From NCBI GenBank assembly GCA_965287045.1, contig OZ336884.1, positions 54,746,001 through 54,810,000 on the forward strand: 64,000 nucleotides of DNA. Reading direction: 5' to 3'. The stretch comes from Carcharhinus amblyrhynchos (lineage: Eukaryota). How positions within the stretch are numbered: the stretch's first letter is position 1; each line of letters starts with the position of its first letter. The position numbers and the translations under genes were made by a program. Positions 25,523 to 36,651 of this stretch are shown here, one piece after another. The notes under the pieces were generated by a model. It worked only from the letters and a program-made list of their open reading frames with translations. It made no database searches and was not told the origin of the DNA.

Positions 25523-27281
25523 TTTGATTTGATTTGTTTGTCATATGTTTTAGTATACAGTGAAAAGTACTATCCAGACAAAGCATACCGTCCTTAGAGA
25601 AGGAAAGGAGAGGGTGTAGAATGTAAAGTTACAGTCATAGCTAGGGTGGAGAGAAACATCAACATAATGAGGTAGGTCCATTCAAAAGTCTGACAGTAGC
25701 AGGGAAGAAGCTGTTCTTGTGTGGGTTGGTACATGTCCTCAGACCTTTGTATCTTTTTCCTGATGGAAAATGATGGAAGAGAGTAAGTCTGGGGTTGTGG
25801 GGTTCTTGATTATGCTGACAGGAACAGAGTCAATGGGATGGGAGGCTGGTTTGTGTGGTTGACTGGGTGTCATAAGTACATAAGAACATAAGAAATAGGA
25901 GCAGGAGTAGGCCATCTAGCCCTTCGAGCCTGCCCCACCATTCAATAAGATCATGGCTGATCTGAAGTGGATCAGTTCCACTTTCCCGCTCTCTCCCCAT
26001 AACCCTTAATTCCCTTGTCTATCAAAAACCTATCTACCCGTGACTTAAATATATTTAGCGAGGTAGCCTCCACCACTTCAACGGGCAGAGAATTCCAGAG
26101 ATTCACCACCCTTTGAGTGAAGAAGTTCCTCCTCAACTCCGATCTAAACTGCCTCCCCCTCTTATCTTGAGGCTGTGCCCTCAAGTCCTGCTATCCTTTC
26201 TAAATGGGAAGAATCTCTCTACTTCGACCCTATCCATCCCCTTCATTATCTTATACATCTCTATAAGATCCCCCCTCATCATTCTAAACTTCAACAAGTG
26301 TTGTTCATGACCCTTTGTAGTTTCTTGCAGTCTTGGTCAGAGCAGGAGCCATAATAAGCTGTGATACAACCAGAAAGAATGCTTCCTACAGTGCATCTGT
26401 AAAGATTGGTAAGAGTCATAACGGACATGCCAAATTTCCTTAGACTTCTGAGAATGTAGAGGCACTGGTGGGCTTTCTCAACTATTGTGTCGGCATGGGG
26501 CGACCAGGACACGTTATCAGTGATCTGGACACCAAAAAACTTGAAAATCTCAACCACTTATCTTTGTTCCTGTTGATGTAGACAGGGGCATGTCTACTAC
26601 GCTTCCTGAAGTCAACGGTTATCTCCTTTGTTTTGTTGACATTGAGGGAGAGAGTATTGTCGTCAAACCAATTCACCAGATTCTCTATCTCTTTGTACTC
26701 TGTCTCCTCATTGTTTGAGATCCAATCCACTACGGTGATGTCATCAGCAAACTTGAAAATCGAGTTGGAGGGAAATTTGGCCACACAGTCATAGGTGTAT
26801 AAGGTGTAAGGGGCTGAGGACACTTCCCTGTGGAGCACTGGTGTTGAGGATGATTGTGGAGGTGTTGTTGCCCATCCTTACTAATTGCGGTCAGTGGGTT
26901 AAGAAGTCTCCGCAGAGGGAGAAGCCCAGCCTCAGGCCAGAGAATTTGATGAGTTTTGCAGAAATAATTGTGTTGAAGGCTGAGCTGTCGTTAATAAATA
27001 GGAGTCTGACCTAGTTGTCTATGTCATCTAAGTGTTCCAGGGTTGAGTGCAGGGCTGGGGAGATGACATCTGCTGCAGACCTGTTGTGGTGGTAGGTGAA
27101 CTGTAGTGGATCTAACCAATCTGGGAGGTCGGAATTGGTCTGTGCATGACTAACGTTTTGAATCACTTCATAATGATGGATGTCAGTAAGGCATGCTGCC
27201 TGTCTTTTCTTTCGGGTGGGTGATGGTCATCTTCTTGAAGCAGACAGGGACCTGAGATTGGTGTAATGAGATGTTAAAGTC
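25523..27281 (-). mobile_element. Rex1/Babar LINE 3' half (interrupted by CR1)
   Basis: ORF 26482-26838 contains YTLYTYDCVAKFPSNSIFKFADD..LSLNVNKTKE; ORF 26291-26557 contains LTNLYRCTVGSILSGCITAYYG. Confidence 0.88.
25871..26297 (-). mobile_element. Young CR1 3' fragment nested in Rex1
   Basis: ORF 25972-26184 contains RRNFFTQRVVNLWNSLP; closely similar to 36652-37474. Confidence 0.92.
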
Positions 27282-27930
27282 CTATGAATGTGTGGCCAAA
27301 TTCCCCTCCAATTTGATTTTCAAGTGTCCAGATCACTAACAACCTGTCCTGGTCCCCCATGCGGGTGGTATAGTTAAGAAAGCCCATCAACAACTCTAAT
27401 TTCTCAGAAGGCTAAGGAAATTTTGCATGTCTGCTATGACTCTCACCAACTTTTACAGATGCCCATAGAAAGCATTCTTTCTGGTTGTACTACATCTTGG
27501 TATGGCTCCTGCTCTGCCCAAGACTGCAATAAACTACAATGATTCATGAACGAAGCTTAGTCCATCACATAATCAGTCTCCCATCCATTGACTCTGTCTA
27601 CACTTCCTGCTGCCTCGGAAAAGCAGCCAGCATAATCAAGGTCCCCACATGCCTTGGACATACTCTCTTTCACCTTCTTCCATCAGGAAACAGATGCAAT
27701 AGTCTAAGGTGACGTACCAACCAACTGAAGAAGAGTTTCTTCCCTGCTGCTATCAGACTTTTGAATGAACCTACCTTGTATTAAGTTTATCTTTCTCTCC
27801 ACCCTTGCTATGACTGTAACACTAGACTCTGCTTCCTCTCCTTTCCTTCTCTAAGTATGGTATGCTTTGTCTATATAGTGTGCAAGAAACAGTACTTTTC
27901 ACTGTATACCAATACATGTGACAATAACAA
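27282..27930 (+). mobile_element. Rex1/Babar LINE 3' fragment, opposite orientation, internally deleted
   Basis: Starts TATGAATGTGTGGCCAAATTCCCC, jumps to GTCCAGATCACTAAC, ends CTTTTCACTGTATACCAATACATGTGACAATAA. Confidence 0.85.
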
Positions 27931-28084
27931 GAAATCAGCCAAGAGAATTTCCCTGATCTTCTTCACACACTGCTTTGAAATCTGAAAGGGCTGTGAGGAT
28001 CTCAGTCTAACATCTCTTCAGAAAAACAGCACCTATAATAATGTATCACTCCCTCAGTACTGCACTGCAGTGTTAGCCAGATGA

Positions 28085-28620
28085 CAGAATCATATAGCAC
28101 AGAAAGAGGCCATTTTTTCTACTGTAATTGTGTCAACTCCCTGAAAGAGCTCTTTGTGAACAATCTCCCACTCATTTCCCATAGCTGTAAAATGTTTCCT
28201 TTTTAATTAGCGATCTTGACACAGTTTTCAGAATTATTATTCAGTTTTCTTTCACTACCTTTTCAGAAAATGCAATTCAGCAGAAGAATTTATCTGATCC
28301 ATCCTAGCGTTTATGCTAATTTATTAAAATCTGTATGCTTTGGTTACCAGTGCAAATAGATTTCCCTCATTTACTCTGTCAAAATCTCTGATAGCTTTGA
28401 ACAATTCTATTAAATTTCCTTAACCTTCTTATCTGTAAATGGAACTATCCCAACTTCTCTATTCTCTCCAAATAATAGAAATCTCTCATCACTTGTACCA
28501 TTCTGGTAAATTCCCTCCGTATCCAATGCCTTGACACCCTTTCTAAAATCATTTGGACACAATACTCCAATTAAAATCCAGGTAATAATTTATCAGAGTT
28601 TTGCCAAACTTTGTTGCTTT
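28085..28620 (-). mobile_element. Old CR1 fragment
   Basis: Degenerate antisense tail (AGAATCATATAGCACAGAAAGAGGCC) and ORF2 remnants. Confidence 0.55.
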
Positions 28621-29199
28621 TGTGCTCCATGTATGAGAAATTGGGATTTTTTGCATCTATTTTTGGAAAGTACATATGTCCCTATGCCATGGATATCATT
28701 TTGGAGCTATACATGCACACATGAGGTAAATTATGTCAGATGCCTTATTGGTGAGGGCATTAGCCCGTCCAGTGAATGTCAGTCAGAAGTATGTAGACCA
28801 AGCAGTTCATGACATGATTCATTGATTTGATGACAGCAATGCCATTTTGAACTCTTCTTGCACAACTGAGCACACATTCAGTAGCAGGAAGTACCCCCTC
28901 AGAGCTATTAAATGGCTCATTAACAAGTTACTGATTGATTTTTTTCTAGTTATTACTTTGATTCTACAAGTGTTTGATTCTTTCTATTTCAATTTGCCAA
29001 AGGAAGCTACAAAAAGAGATATAGCATCTGCTGAAGAAATTTTTGATGATCTCAAGTCTTGTGTACATATCAGTTGCTTTCTGACTTGGGTGGAAAAGTA
29101 GGTATTCCTTTGAAATCTAGTATGACTTGGGGAATGAACAGGGGTCATGCAGAGTAGGGAAAGTTACTAGAAGAGGGAGAAAGGGGAGAAGGACTGTCA

Positions 29200-30500
29200 G
29201 CAGGTGGCCATAATTGCCAAAGATGGTCAGGGAACAATTCTCCTGTCTGAATCTCAGTGAGGAGCAATGTGTGAGGTGTCTGTGCCTAAGTGAAGACTTG
29301 CTCACTGAAATTCTTCCCCTGTTGAAGCCACAGCTGCAACCTCACAGCAGAGCAAAGTCCACATTGCCAGTGATTGTGATGTTGACCGTGGCCATCGCTC
29401 CTTCCAACCTGGTGTTGGAGATATTTGCAACATCTCAGATTGCTGTCTGCTGTTGTGTAAGGGTCAGTATTTAGGTTCACTGAAGGAGGTGGAGCATGCA
29501 CATGACTTTACTGGAATTGCAGGCTGCCTGCGGTGCACAGTAACATTGTCCAACGAGGGGCATACACGCGATGGGTCGTACTGGGGCTGCTCTTGGTTGT
29601 TCGAGATTGGCCTAGTGCTTCATGTCGTTAGTGTGTGCCTAAACTGGACCAGATACTGGGCAAGATGACAGCTCAGTGACTATTGCTGATTGCTGTGCAG
29701 ACACATGGATTTGGGCCGGTGTCTGTGGGAGTTTGCACATTCTCCCTGTGCTTGCGTGGGTTTTCTCCGGGTGCTTCGGTTTCCTCCCACACCCCAAAGA
29801 TGCGCTGTTAGGCTGATTGGCAGGAATAAATTGTCCCTAAATCAGTTTCCCTCAATCTGGATGGCCATAAAACATTAGACAGGGGTCATGGGTGGAGAGG
29901 GGGACTGGTGGTGTTGAGATGGCGGCGTGGGCTCGTTGGGCCGAAGGGCCTGTTTCCCGGGCTGATTTTGTTCTTTGTTCTTTGTCCTGATTGCACACAC
30001 AACAATTTGCAGCACTACCTGCCTATCCTATACCAGAACAGAAATGGATTCCACGCTCTCATGATCAACTGATGTCTGATCATAGGTAGTGATCATACAG
30101 CTCAATGCCTGGTGTCTTAATACTTCCATTGTGTGGCAGTCCAATGTATCAGCTACATTGAGCCACAATGGCAAACCACAGGCTGGCTATAGCTAACCAA
30201 GGCTCTTTACTGACCACAGGCTGACAACTTAAGTGTGGAATGTGTGCACATGTGGGCAGCGTGCAGAGTGGAAGACAAACTGCCACTAAAATGTGACAGA
30301 ACAGACCGCTGACATGTTGAAACAACTCTTTCATATTCAGAACTGTGTGACAAGAGATCTGCCATACTTGTCATAGTGTGAGTCATGTTTCACGATGGTC
30401 TGCACGACTTCACCATCATGGGTAAATGGCCCTTGCCATCAGCAATACCACAAGGAGCATGACTGTGAAGCAACAGAAAGGGAGGAAAGCAATCTAGACA
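29200..30500 (+). pseudogene. Decayed PIF/Harbinger DDE transposase (element 1)
   Basis: REQFSCLNLSEEQCVRCLCLSEDLLTEILPLLKPQLQP..LPVIVMLTVA, then IAG..I|DCTH split by a SINE, then YQNRNGFH. Confidence 0.85.
29552..29981 (+). mobile_element. V-domain SINE with non-tRNA structured head and (TTCTTTG)n CR1 tail
   Basis: V-domain from ~29719 (GTCTGTGGGAGTTTGCACATTCTCCC..GGTTTCCTCCCAC). Tail GGGCCGAAGGGCCTGTTT..TTCTTTGTTCTTTG matches the CR1 at 31163. Candidate TSD TTGTCC at 29546-29551 and 29982-29987. Confidence 0.85.
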
Positions 30501-30779
30501 GCCCTATTCTTGCCAGCACACATGTGAAGATTTCAATCAGGCAATCATGTCACACTTTTACCTTGGTGTGAAACGTCATTTGGACATCTCATGAGATTTT
30601 CCACTTCTGTCAATTATCCTGACTGACAGGAACAGGAGTGGAAACATCACCACACCGCCCCGCCTCCCCCCCCCCCCCCACCACCACCCCTCTACCCTAC
30701 CTTCACTCTTTCACTGACCATTGCAGCATCTGCTTCTACAATGCAATAAAAACCACCACAAACCAGACATTGCAAACAA

Positions 30780-31120
30780 GGGCAGGATGGTAGCACTGTG
30801 ATTAGCACTGCTGCTTCACATCTCCAGGGACCTGGGTCCGAATTCCGGCTTGGGTCACTGTCTGTGTGGCGTTTGCACATTCTCCCTGTGTCTGCATGGG
30901 TTTCCTCTGGGTGCTCCCGTTTCCTTCCAGAGTCCAAAGATGTGCGGATTAGGTTGATCGGCCACTCTAAATTGCCCCTTAGTGTTCTGGGATGCATAAG
31001 TTAGAGGGATTAGTAGGTAAATATATGGGGATAGGGCTGGGTGGATTGTGGTTGGTGCAGACTCAATGGGCTGAATGGTTTCTTTCTGCGCTGTAGGATT
31101 TTATGACTATTGATTTATGA
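30780..31120 (+). mobile_element. HE1-type V-SINE
   Basis: tRNA head GGGCAGGATGGTAGCAC, V-domain and CR1-like tail. Confidence 0.9.
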
Positions 31121-31162
31121 ATAAAATAATGCCACATTACATACAAATGTAAACTAACCACC

Positions 31163-31728
31163 CAAAGAACAAAGAAGAGTACAGCACAGGAACAGGCCCT
31201 TCGGCCCTCCAAGCCTATGCCGACTATGATGCCCTAACTAAACTAAAAAAAAAACCTGCTCTTTTTCAGTCCGTATCTCTCTATTCCCTCCCTATTCATG
31301 TGCCAATCCAGATACCTAAGTGTTGCCAGTGTGCCTGCTTCCACCACTTCCTCTGGCATCACATCCCAGGCATCCACCACCCTCTGTGTGAAAAACTTAC
31401 CCCACACATCTCCCTTAAACTTTTTCCACCTCACCTTGAACCTGTGCCCCCTTGAAATTGACAATTCCACCCTTGGAAAAAGTCTCTGACTAACCACCCC
31501 ATCTATGCCTCTTATAATTTTGTACATCTGTATTAGGTCTCCCTCAGCCTCCGTCTTTCCAGTGAAAACAATCCTAATTTATTCAATTTCTCCTCATAGC
31601 CTACACGCTCAAAACCAGGCAACATCCTGGTAAGCCTTCTTTGCACTCTCTCCAAAACTTCCACGTCCTTCTGGTATTTTGGTGACCAGAATTGCACGCA
31701 ATACTCCAAATGCGGCCTAACCAAAGTT
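31163..31728 (-). mobile_element. CR1 LINE 3' fragment ((TTCTTTG)n-tailed family)
   Basis: ORFs contain [15 protein letters not shown] and FFTQRVVDAWD; antisense tail CAAAGAACAAAGAA. Confidence 0.92.
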
Positions 31729-31749
31729 ACTGGCTGACTGACAGGCTTT

Positions 31750-33932
31750 GGCAAGGGTGGAAGCATGAATGCTGTCTTCCTGAGAGTGAGCCCCAGGGCG
31801 GCCCTTCAGTGATCCTAGTGAATAGATCATTGGATTGTTGCGACACACTGCAAGCCAATTTGAATGCTGTAATCCACAGCCAGGAAGGCAGCAGTTTGAC
31901 CTTGTATGATAGGAGCCTGAGGTTCCACTGCAGCACTTAGATGTCAGGTGGTTATTGTTTCTGCTGCAACAGAGGCTGTAATATTGGCTATTAGATACTG
32001 AAGTATAGTTTGGTGCGTAAGTTGCCACCAGTTTCACAACGGAAATATCCTGTGCCAAGATGGTGCTGGACTCTTCTTTGATATGAGCTCACTAGCAGGC
32101 TGCCCAGTGGACTGAGCATATCTGTGCGTGTACCTATAAGCCTCTTTTGGCAAGCTCCCCAGTTGAAGTTTATATGTTTACATTTGGAATTACTGCATCA
32201 GAACTTGCGTGCAACCTCAACATCCAGTGAACTGGTATTTGTGCTATCTTTCTCCCCTGCTCTGGCTGTAGGCCATTTGGGCTTGGTATCTCACTATGTG
32301 TACATCCTGCCTCTATGTTATCCTATAAACAAACAATGGCATCCATGAGTATAAGATTAAATGGGAGTGTTGTGTCTTCATCTTCAACTGTCATCTTTCT
32401 ATTTTCCCACTGCCTGTCCAGATTTTACTTTTTGAATATCTCAAAGGAGAAAGGTTGTAGAGTGATGAAAGGGGAAAGCAAGAGATGCAGACTTACACCA
32501 TCTTCAACTTCTGAATCAGAAGAAAGTGTGAGATGAAAGGGACATGAGATACGATAAAGAGTATTCATTATAAGAATATCATCATCTTCAATATTTTTAA
32601 TTCCATCACTGGTCAGGGCCTTAACAATAGCTGTCCTAGTAATGCTCAGCAGTATGTTTTCATGGGATTTAAGACCGTCTGCCTTTAGTTAGCTCCTGCC
32701 ACTTTTGAATTTGGGACATCTTTACCTACACAAAGAGGAGTAAGGAGGTGAGTGGCTTGAGCCAGTGCCTTTGAATTTCTTGATTGGGCGAGCATTTGTG
32801 CAGTGAATATGAATGGGTGGATTACCAAAGAACCTTTGGAATGGGAAAAATATCTGAACAAAGAGGTAAAAGTCACTGCAGATGAAAAAATGCATATCAA
32901 GGCTGGGTCTTTACTGTTGACCCTGTTTTGGGAAGCATTGTTCTGGTAAACTTTGTGGACACTGGGAAGGTGTCTATTGTGACTATTATGGGCTATGCAA
33001 TTCAGACAGTGGAACTAATCAATGAAGGCGAAAACAATACAACTGAGAAACTCTCTGCCTTATTCATGCCTCCAGCTGCCAAGGTCTACAGCAATGAAGA
33101 ACTTGAACAAAGGAAGTCCAGCCTTAAATCTTGGTTAGAAAAAAATCGGATTCCTGTTACAGAGCAGGGAGGCCAACACACAGTGCTGTGTGTGGCTGGG
33201 GTATTGACAGTTTCTCCACTATACAATGCAGAAGACGGCAATAGCTTCAATGAGATTATCCTATCCAGGGTTCAAAACCTCATCAACTGTAATTCAAATG
33301 CTGATCATAAAACTGATTGAAGGGGAATACTTAATGTTAAATTAATAAGTATATATTTCTTCTGGTAAAGAAAATGTGTATCAGTGAGCCAGAAGCAATC
33401 TGGGTGATGTGGTTCCCAAGGTAGAATAGTTTATAGTGCATGCAAGCTGGGAGTAGGGAATATGAAGCTTGCTGTATTGCTAAGTGTGTGAGGATGCCAT
33501 GAAATATATAAATGCTGGGTCTGAGTTCTGATTGAGAGATTTTTTGTTAGCTAAGTGATGGAGATGTGGTGCATTGAGCAATGTGCATGTAGCTGTGGGA
33601 TATGTCTTCTGAAGATTTTTTCAATGATCCTGACAGCCCATATGAAGTCAACCTACTCTCTGGTTATAGCAGTCAGATCCTCAAGCCTTGATTCTTGGCA
33701 TTGAATTCCACAGCTATCTAATCCCACTGCCTACTGAGCAAGTGTCTGGAAGACCTAGTGTAACTCTATGTATGGATACAGGACATCTTTCCTCTTTTCT
33801 GCCTCCTCTACCAACGCCTCCAGTGCAGTGCTCAACATATTGGTGCCCATTCACTCTCACGTTGTGTTGTTCTTCAATGTTTTCCCAGGTTAGAGTCGCT
33901 TCCTGCATAACTGCCAGCACCTGAGCCAGCCA
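31750..33932 (-). pseudogene. Decayed Harbinger Myb/SANT-like accessory gene (element 1)
   Basis: The - strand at 33680-33855 reads AP..TALEALVEEAEKRKDVLYP..RQWD*IAVEFNAKN, typical of the Harbinger Myb-like N-terminus, and is convergent with the transposase. The downstream extent is inferred. Confidence 0.65.
32809..33320 (+). pseudogene. GEMIN6: Intronless GEMIN6 copy with a -1 frameshift (probable processed pseudogene)
   Basis: MNGWITKEPLEWEKYLNKEVKVTADEK, then a frameshift in the A6 run at 32885-32890, then AYQGWVFTVDPVLGSIVLVNF..LKSWLEKNRIPVTEQG..LCVAGVLTV..NEIILSRVQNLI. Colinear with remembered human GEMIN6 over its whole length. Confidence 0.92.
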
Positions 33933-33948
33933 TAATATACCTCCCCTT

Positions 33949-34012
33949 TTAAGAACATAAGAAATAGGAAATAAGAAATAGGAGCAGGAGTAGGCCATCT
34001 AGCCCTTCGATC
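33949..34012 (-). mobile_element. Very short CR1 tail insertion
   Basis: AAGAACATAAGAAATAGG..GGCCATCTAGCCCTTCGA, the same tail as the copies at 25871 and 36652. Confidence 0.75.
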
Positions 34013-35097
34013 CTGCATTAAGGGATGCATTTTCCTTTAAGTGGTGCTGACCATTTATGATATTGCCCCTCCCCGCCCCCACTGATATGTACAGCCCTCA
34101 AGCAGTATATTTAGTGTTGGCTGGAAACAGAAATCATTGAAATTAGGGGAGTAGCACAAATTTGACATGTTGCCTGCTTTATTATCAACAGCCTTGATTA
34201 AATCACACAACACAATCCCTTCAGCTGTGTTTATGCACTGTTGAGTTCAGTGCCGTATGTCTCTGTGTATAAAGACATGGATCCCATATGCTTTATTAAC
34301 AGCGTTGTGCTATAATTATAAGGTTTATTACATCTTGGGATTGTGTCTTTAATATTAAAGTAAAAAATGAAATGAGTCATATGACCTGGTCTGAGCACGT
34401 GCCTGAGTGGTTTAATTGTTCAAAGGAAGACTTAGATTATTTTGCTGGGAAGAAGGTACAAAATGTTTATGCATGGCAACAATGGCAGTTAACTGTGAAG
34501 ATTGTGAGTCTCCGAAGTCCAGAAAAGTGTTGAGAATGTCAGGATGTAAACAGTTGTGCTTTAAACAATCCATTTAGTTCCAAGATAAAAGAGCATTGGG
34601 TTCTCAAAGATAGCAAATCAGCATTTCTATTTAGTTTCAAGGCTCATATCATCCATGCTGTCATGGAGAAGGATGCCATTGTAAAGATCAGGTTACAAAC
34701 TTCTCTAGAATATCACTGGATTTCCCAGTGTTTTTAATCTGCCTGGATCCAGGAGAGAGGGAGAGGCTAAAGGTGAAAAGGGTTTTGATGATTTGCTATG
34801 CAGGAATGTCGGAGGGGAATGGTTTCTGGTCAAACAGATGTGTTCTCTAGCCATGTAAATAATCTGGGAGATATGTTCCTATGGAGCCATAGAGCCATCA
34901 CTGGGACAGGCTTTGCTGCTGCTGGCAGATTGAAAGTATAAAAAGAGAACATTCCTCTTTGTAGTTTAATCTATAAATTTCTCACAAGAAGAAAATGGTG
35001 TTTCATCAATAGTGCTGTCAGTCATTTGTGAATTCTTGTGTCTGTCATCCTTTTCACCTATTAATTGAAAGTTCAAATTTATTTTTAAAACTATTTA

Positions 35098-36127
35098 GGG
35101 TGCGATTCTCCCTAAACAATTCTAAGTGCCAAATTTGCATGAAAACTGGAATAACTCTGGCTGATTTTATAATGTGATTTTTAGAATGAATCACTGACAT
35201 TGTGCACTGACACTGAAAATAAGTGGGTGGGGCCCATTCCTGCCCAAGAGTTCGGCAGTTTACCACTAAGCAAGCCTCTGTGCATGAGCTGATCTGTCAG
35301 AGCGGAGATCAGTGCGTCGCTGGTCAGCCCCAAAACCCTGCATCGCTGCCTCTTTGATCCACCCCATCCACCAATCACTGGCTTTCTGAGTCTCTCCGGG
35401 CAAGCTTGGATCTCTCTGACCACACACCCTGCCACCCCCACCTGGCCAGCCCTGATCAACCCTTTCTCCCTGTGCAGACTGGCAGCGGTTCCCCCCACTC
35501 CCACCAATCAGCCGCAATAGGCCCCGCCCCTTTGCACTACCCAATGCCCAGTGGGCAATGCCAAGAAGCCTCTTGGGCATTGCCAGTTTGCCCTGTGGTG
35601 CACTCCCCCCCCCTTACTCCTAACCTCCTGGGGGGGGGGTGGGGCATCCATGGCCTCTGTTCCATCCAGTGAGAAGTCTCACAACACCAGGTTAAAGTCC
35701 AACCAGTTTATTTGATAGAAAACCTACAAGCTTTCGGAAACGCTGTTCCTTCATCAGGTTTACTATCAAATAAACCTGTTGGACTTTAACCTGGTGTTGT
35801 GAGACTTCTTACTGTGTTTACCCTAGTCCAATGCCGGCACCTCCACATCATAACCATCCAGTGAGGTCAGGCTGCCTACTCCCTGTTAACGGACAGCAGT
35901 TATAAACCCTGCTGAATTAAACCACTCCTGTGGCAGGGGTAGAGATGCAAATGGCTTGGAGACTTCAGCCAATTTCCAGTGTGGAGCTGATGACTGCAAA
36001 AATCTTAGAGCCAGAGTTGTGTGGAGGGTGTGGTGCCCAACGGGAAGTCCACTAAAACAGCCTCCGCTGATGTCTCCGGGCCCGTTGCACTGCTAGAGTA
36101 GCTCAGCGGACTGGGAGAAATGAACCC
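35098..36127. mobile_element. Harbinger-type MITE (~0.85 kb) carrying a nested PLE
   Basis: Imperfect TIRs GGGTGCGATTCTCCC / GGGAGAAATGAACCC; GC-rich body related to 38338 and 42714. Confidence 0.7.
35674..35853. mobile_element. Penelope-like fold-back remnant with 12-bp TSD and intact hammerhead core
   Basis: Perfect TSD CCATCCAGTGAG at 35662-35673 and 35854-35865; inverted arms. The - strand reads CTGATGAAGGAACAGCGTTTCCGAAAGCTT. Confidence 0.85.
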
Positions 36128-36651
36128 ATGGTCTTTATGGGGATCATAACAGTGGCCAATTTGTCCTGTCACCTTCATGTACTCAAATTTGTTGACATGG
36201 GTTTCAGAATGCAAGCCTGAACACTTGAGCTTTGGGTTAAAGAGGCAAGAATGCCAACATCATAACCAACTGCATTGTTCACATTGAGCCAAGGCTAACT
36301 TCAGAAAAAGAAATTTGTATTATTTTGCACATCTTTTTAAAAAAAAGTAGAGAAGAATTCCTTACATCCTTAGAAGTTAAGACATTAACACCAGGAAATG
36401 CAAATCTGTGAGGTAGCTAAAAATACATTCCAAACTGAACAAAGCTTTTGCATTCATAATAATAGCATGAGTGTTTGAAGGTGGTTACAAATTGTATGTA
36501 CTTTTGACAAATTGTGCAGTATCTCGGACAAAACACACCCCTTACAGATACTGATACCAATGGTTTACGTAACATGGCTTAGTTGTCCCTTCATTCCTTA
36601 TGGAATGCAGCAACTGTATCAAGGAGAATTTCTCCTTTATTATAGCTCATT

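Larger units (their letters stand above)
25008..28082 (-). mobile_element. Deu-domain SINE split by nested insertions
   Basis: Tail at 25008-25130, Deu core at ~25375-25480, head portion at ~27935-28082 (CACTCCCTCAGTACTGCACTG). All are antisense relative to the 16098 copy. Confidence 0.65.

Noticed and set aside
29549-29706. SINE head as U17/SNORA73 or another H/ACA snoRNA
   Set aside because: Only a short TCCAACG..ATACAC resemblance that overlaps the TSD. The U17 m1/m2 motifs are absent and the H-box placement is unconvincing.
29200-30500. HARBI1 host gene
   Set aside because: Frameshifts, deletions, a SINE insertion at the catalytic IDCTH motif and a linked Myb-like gene indicate a dead transposon.
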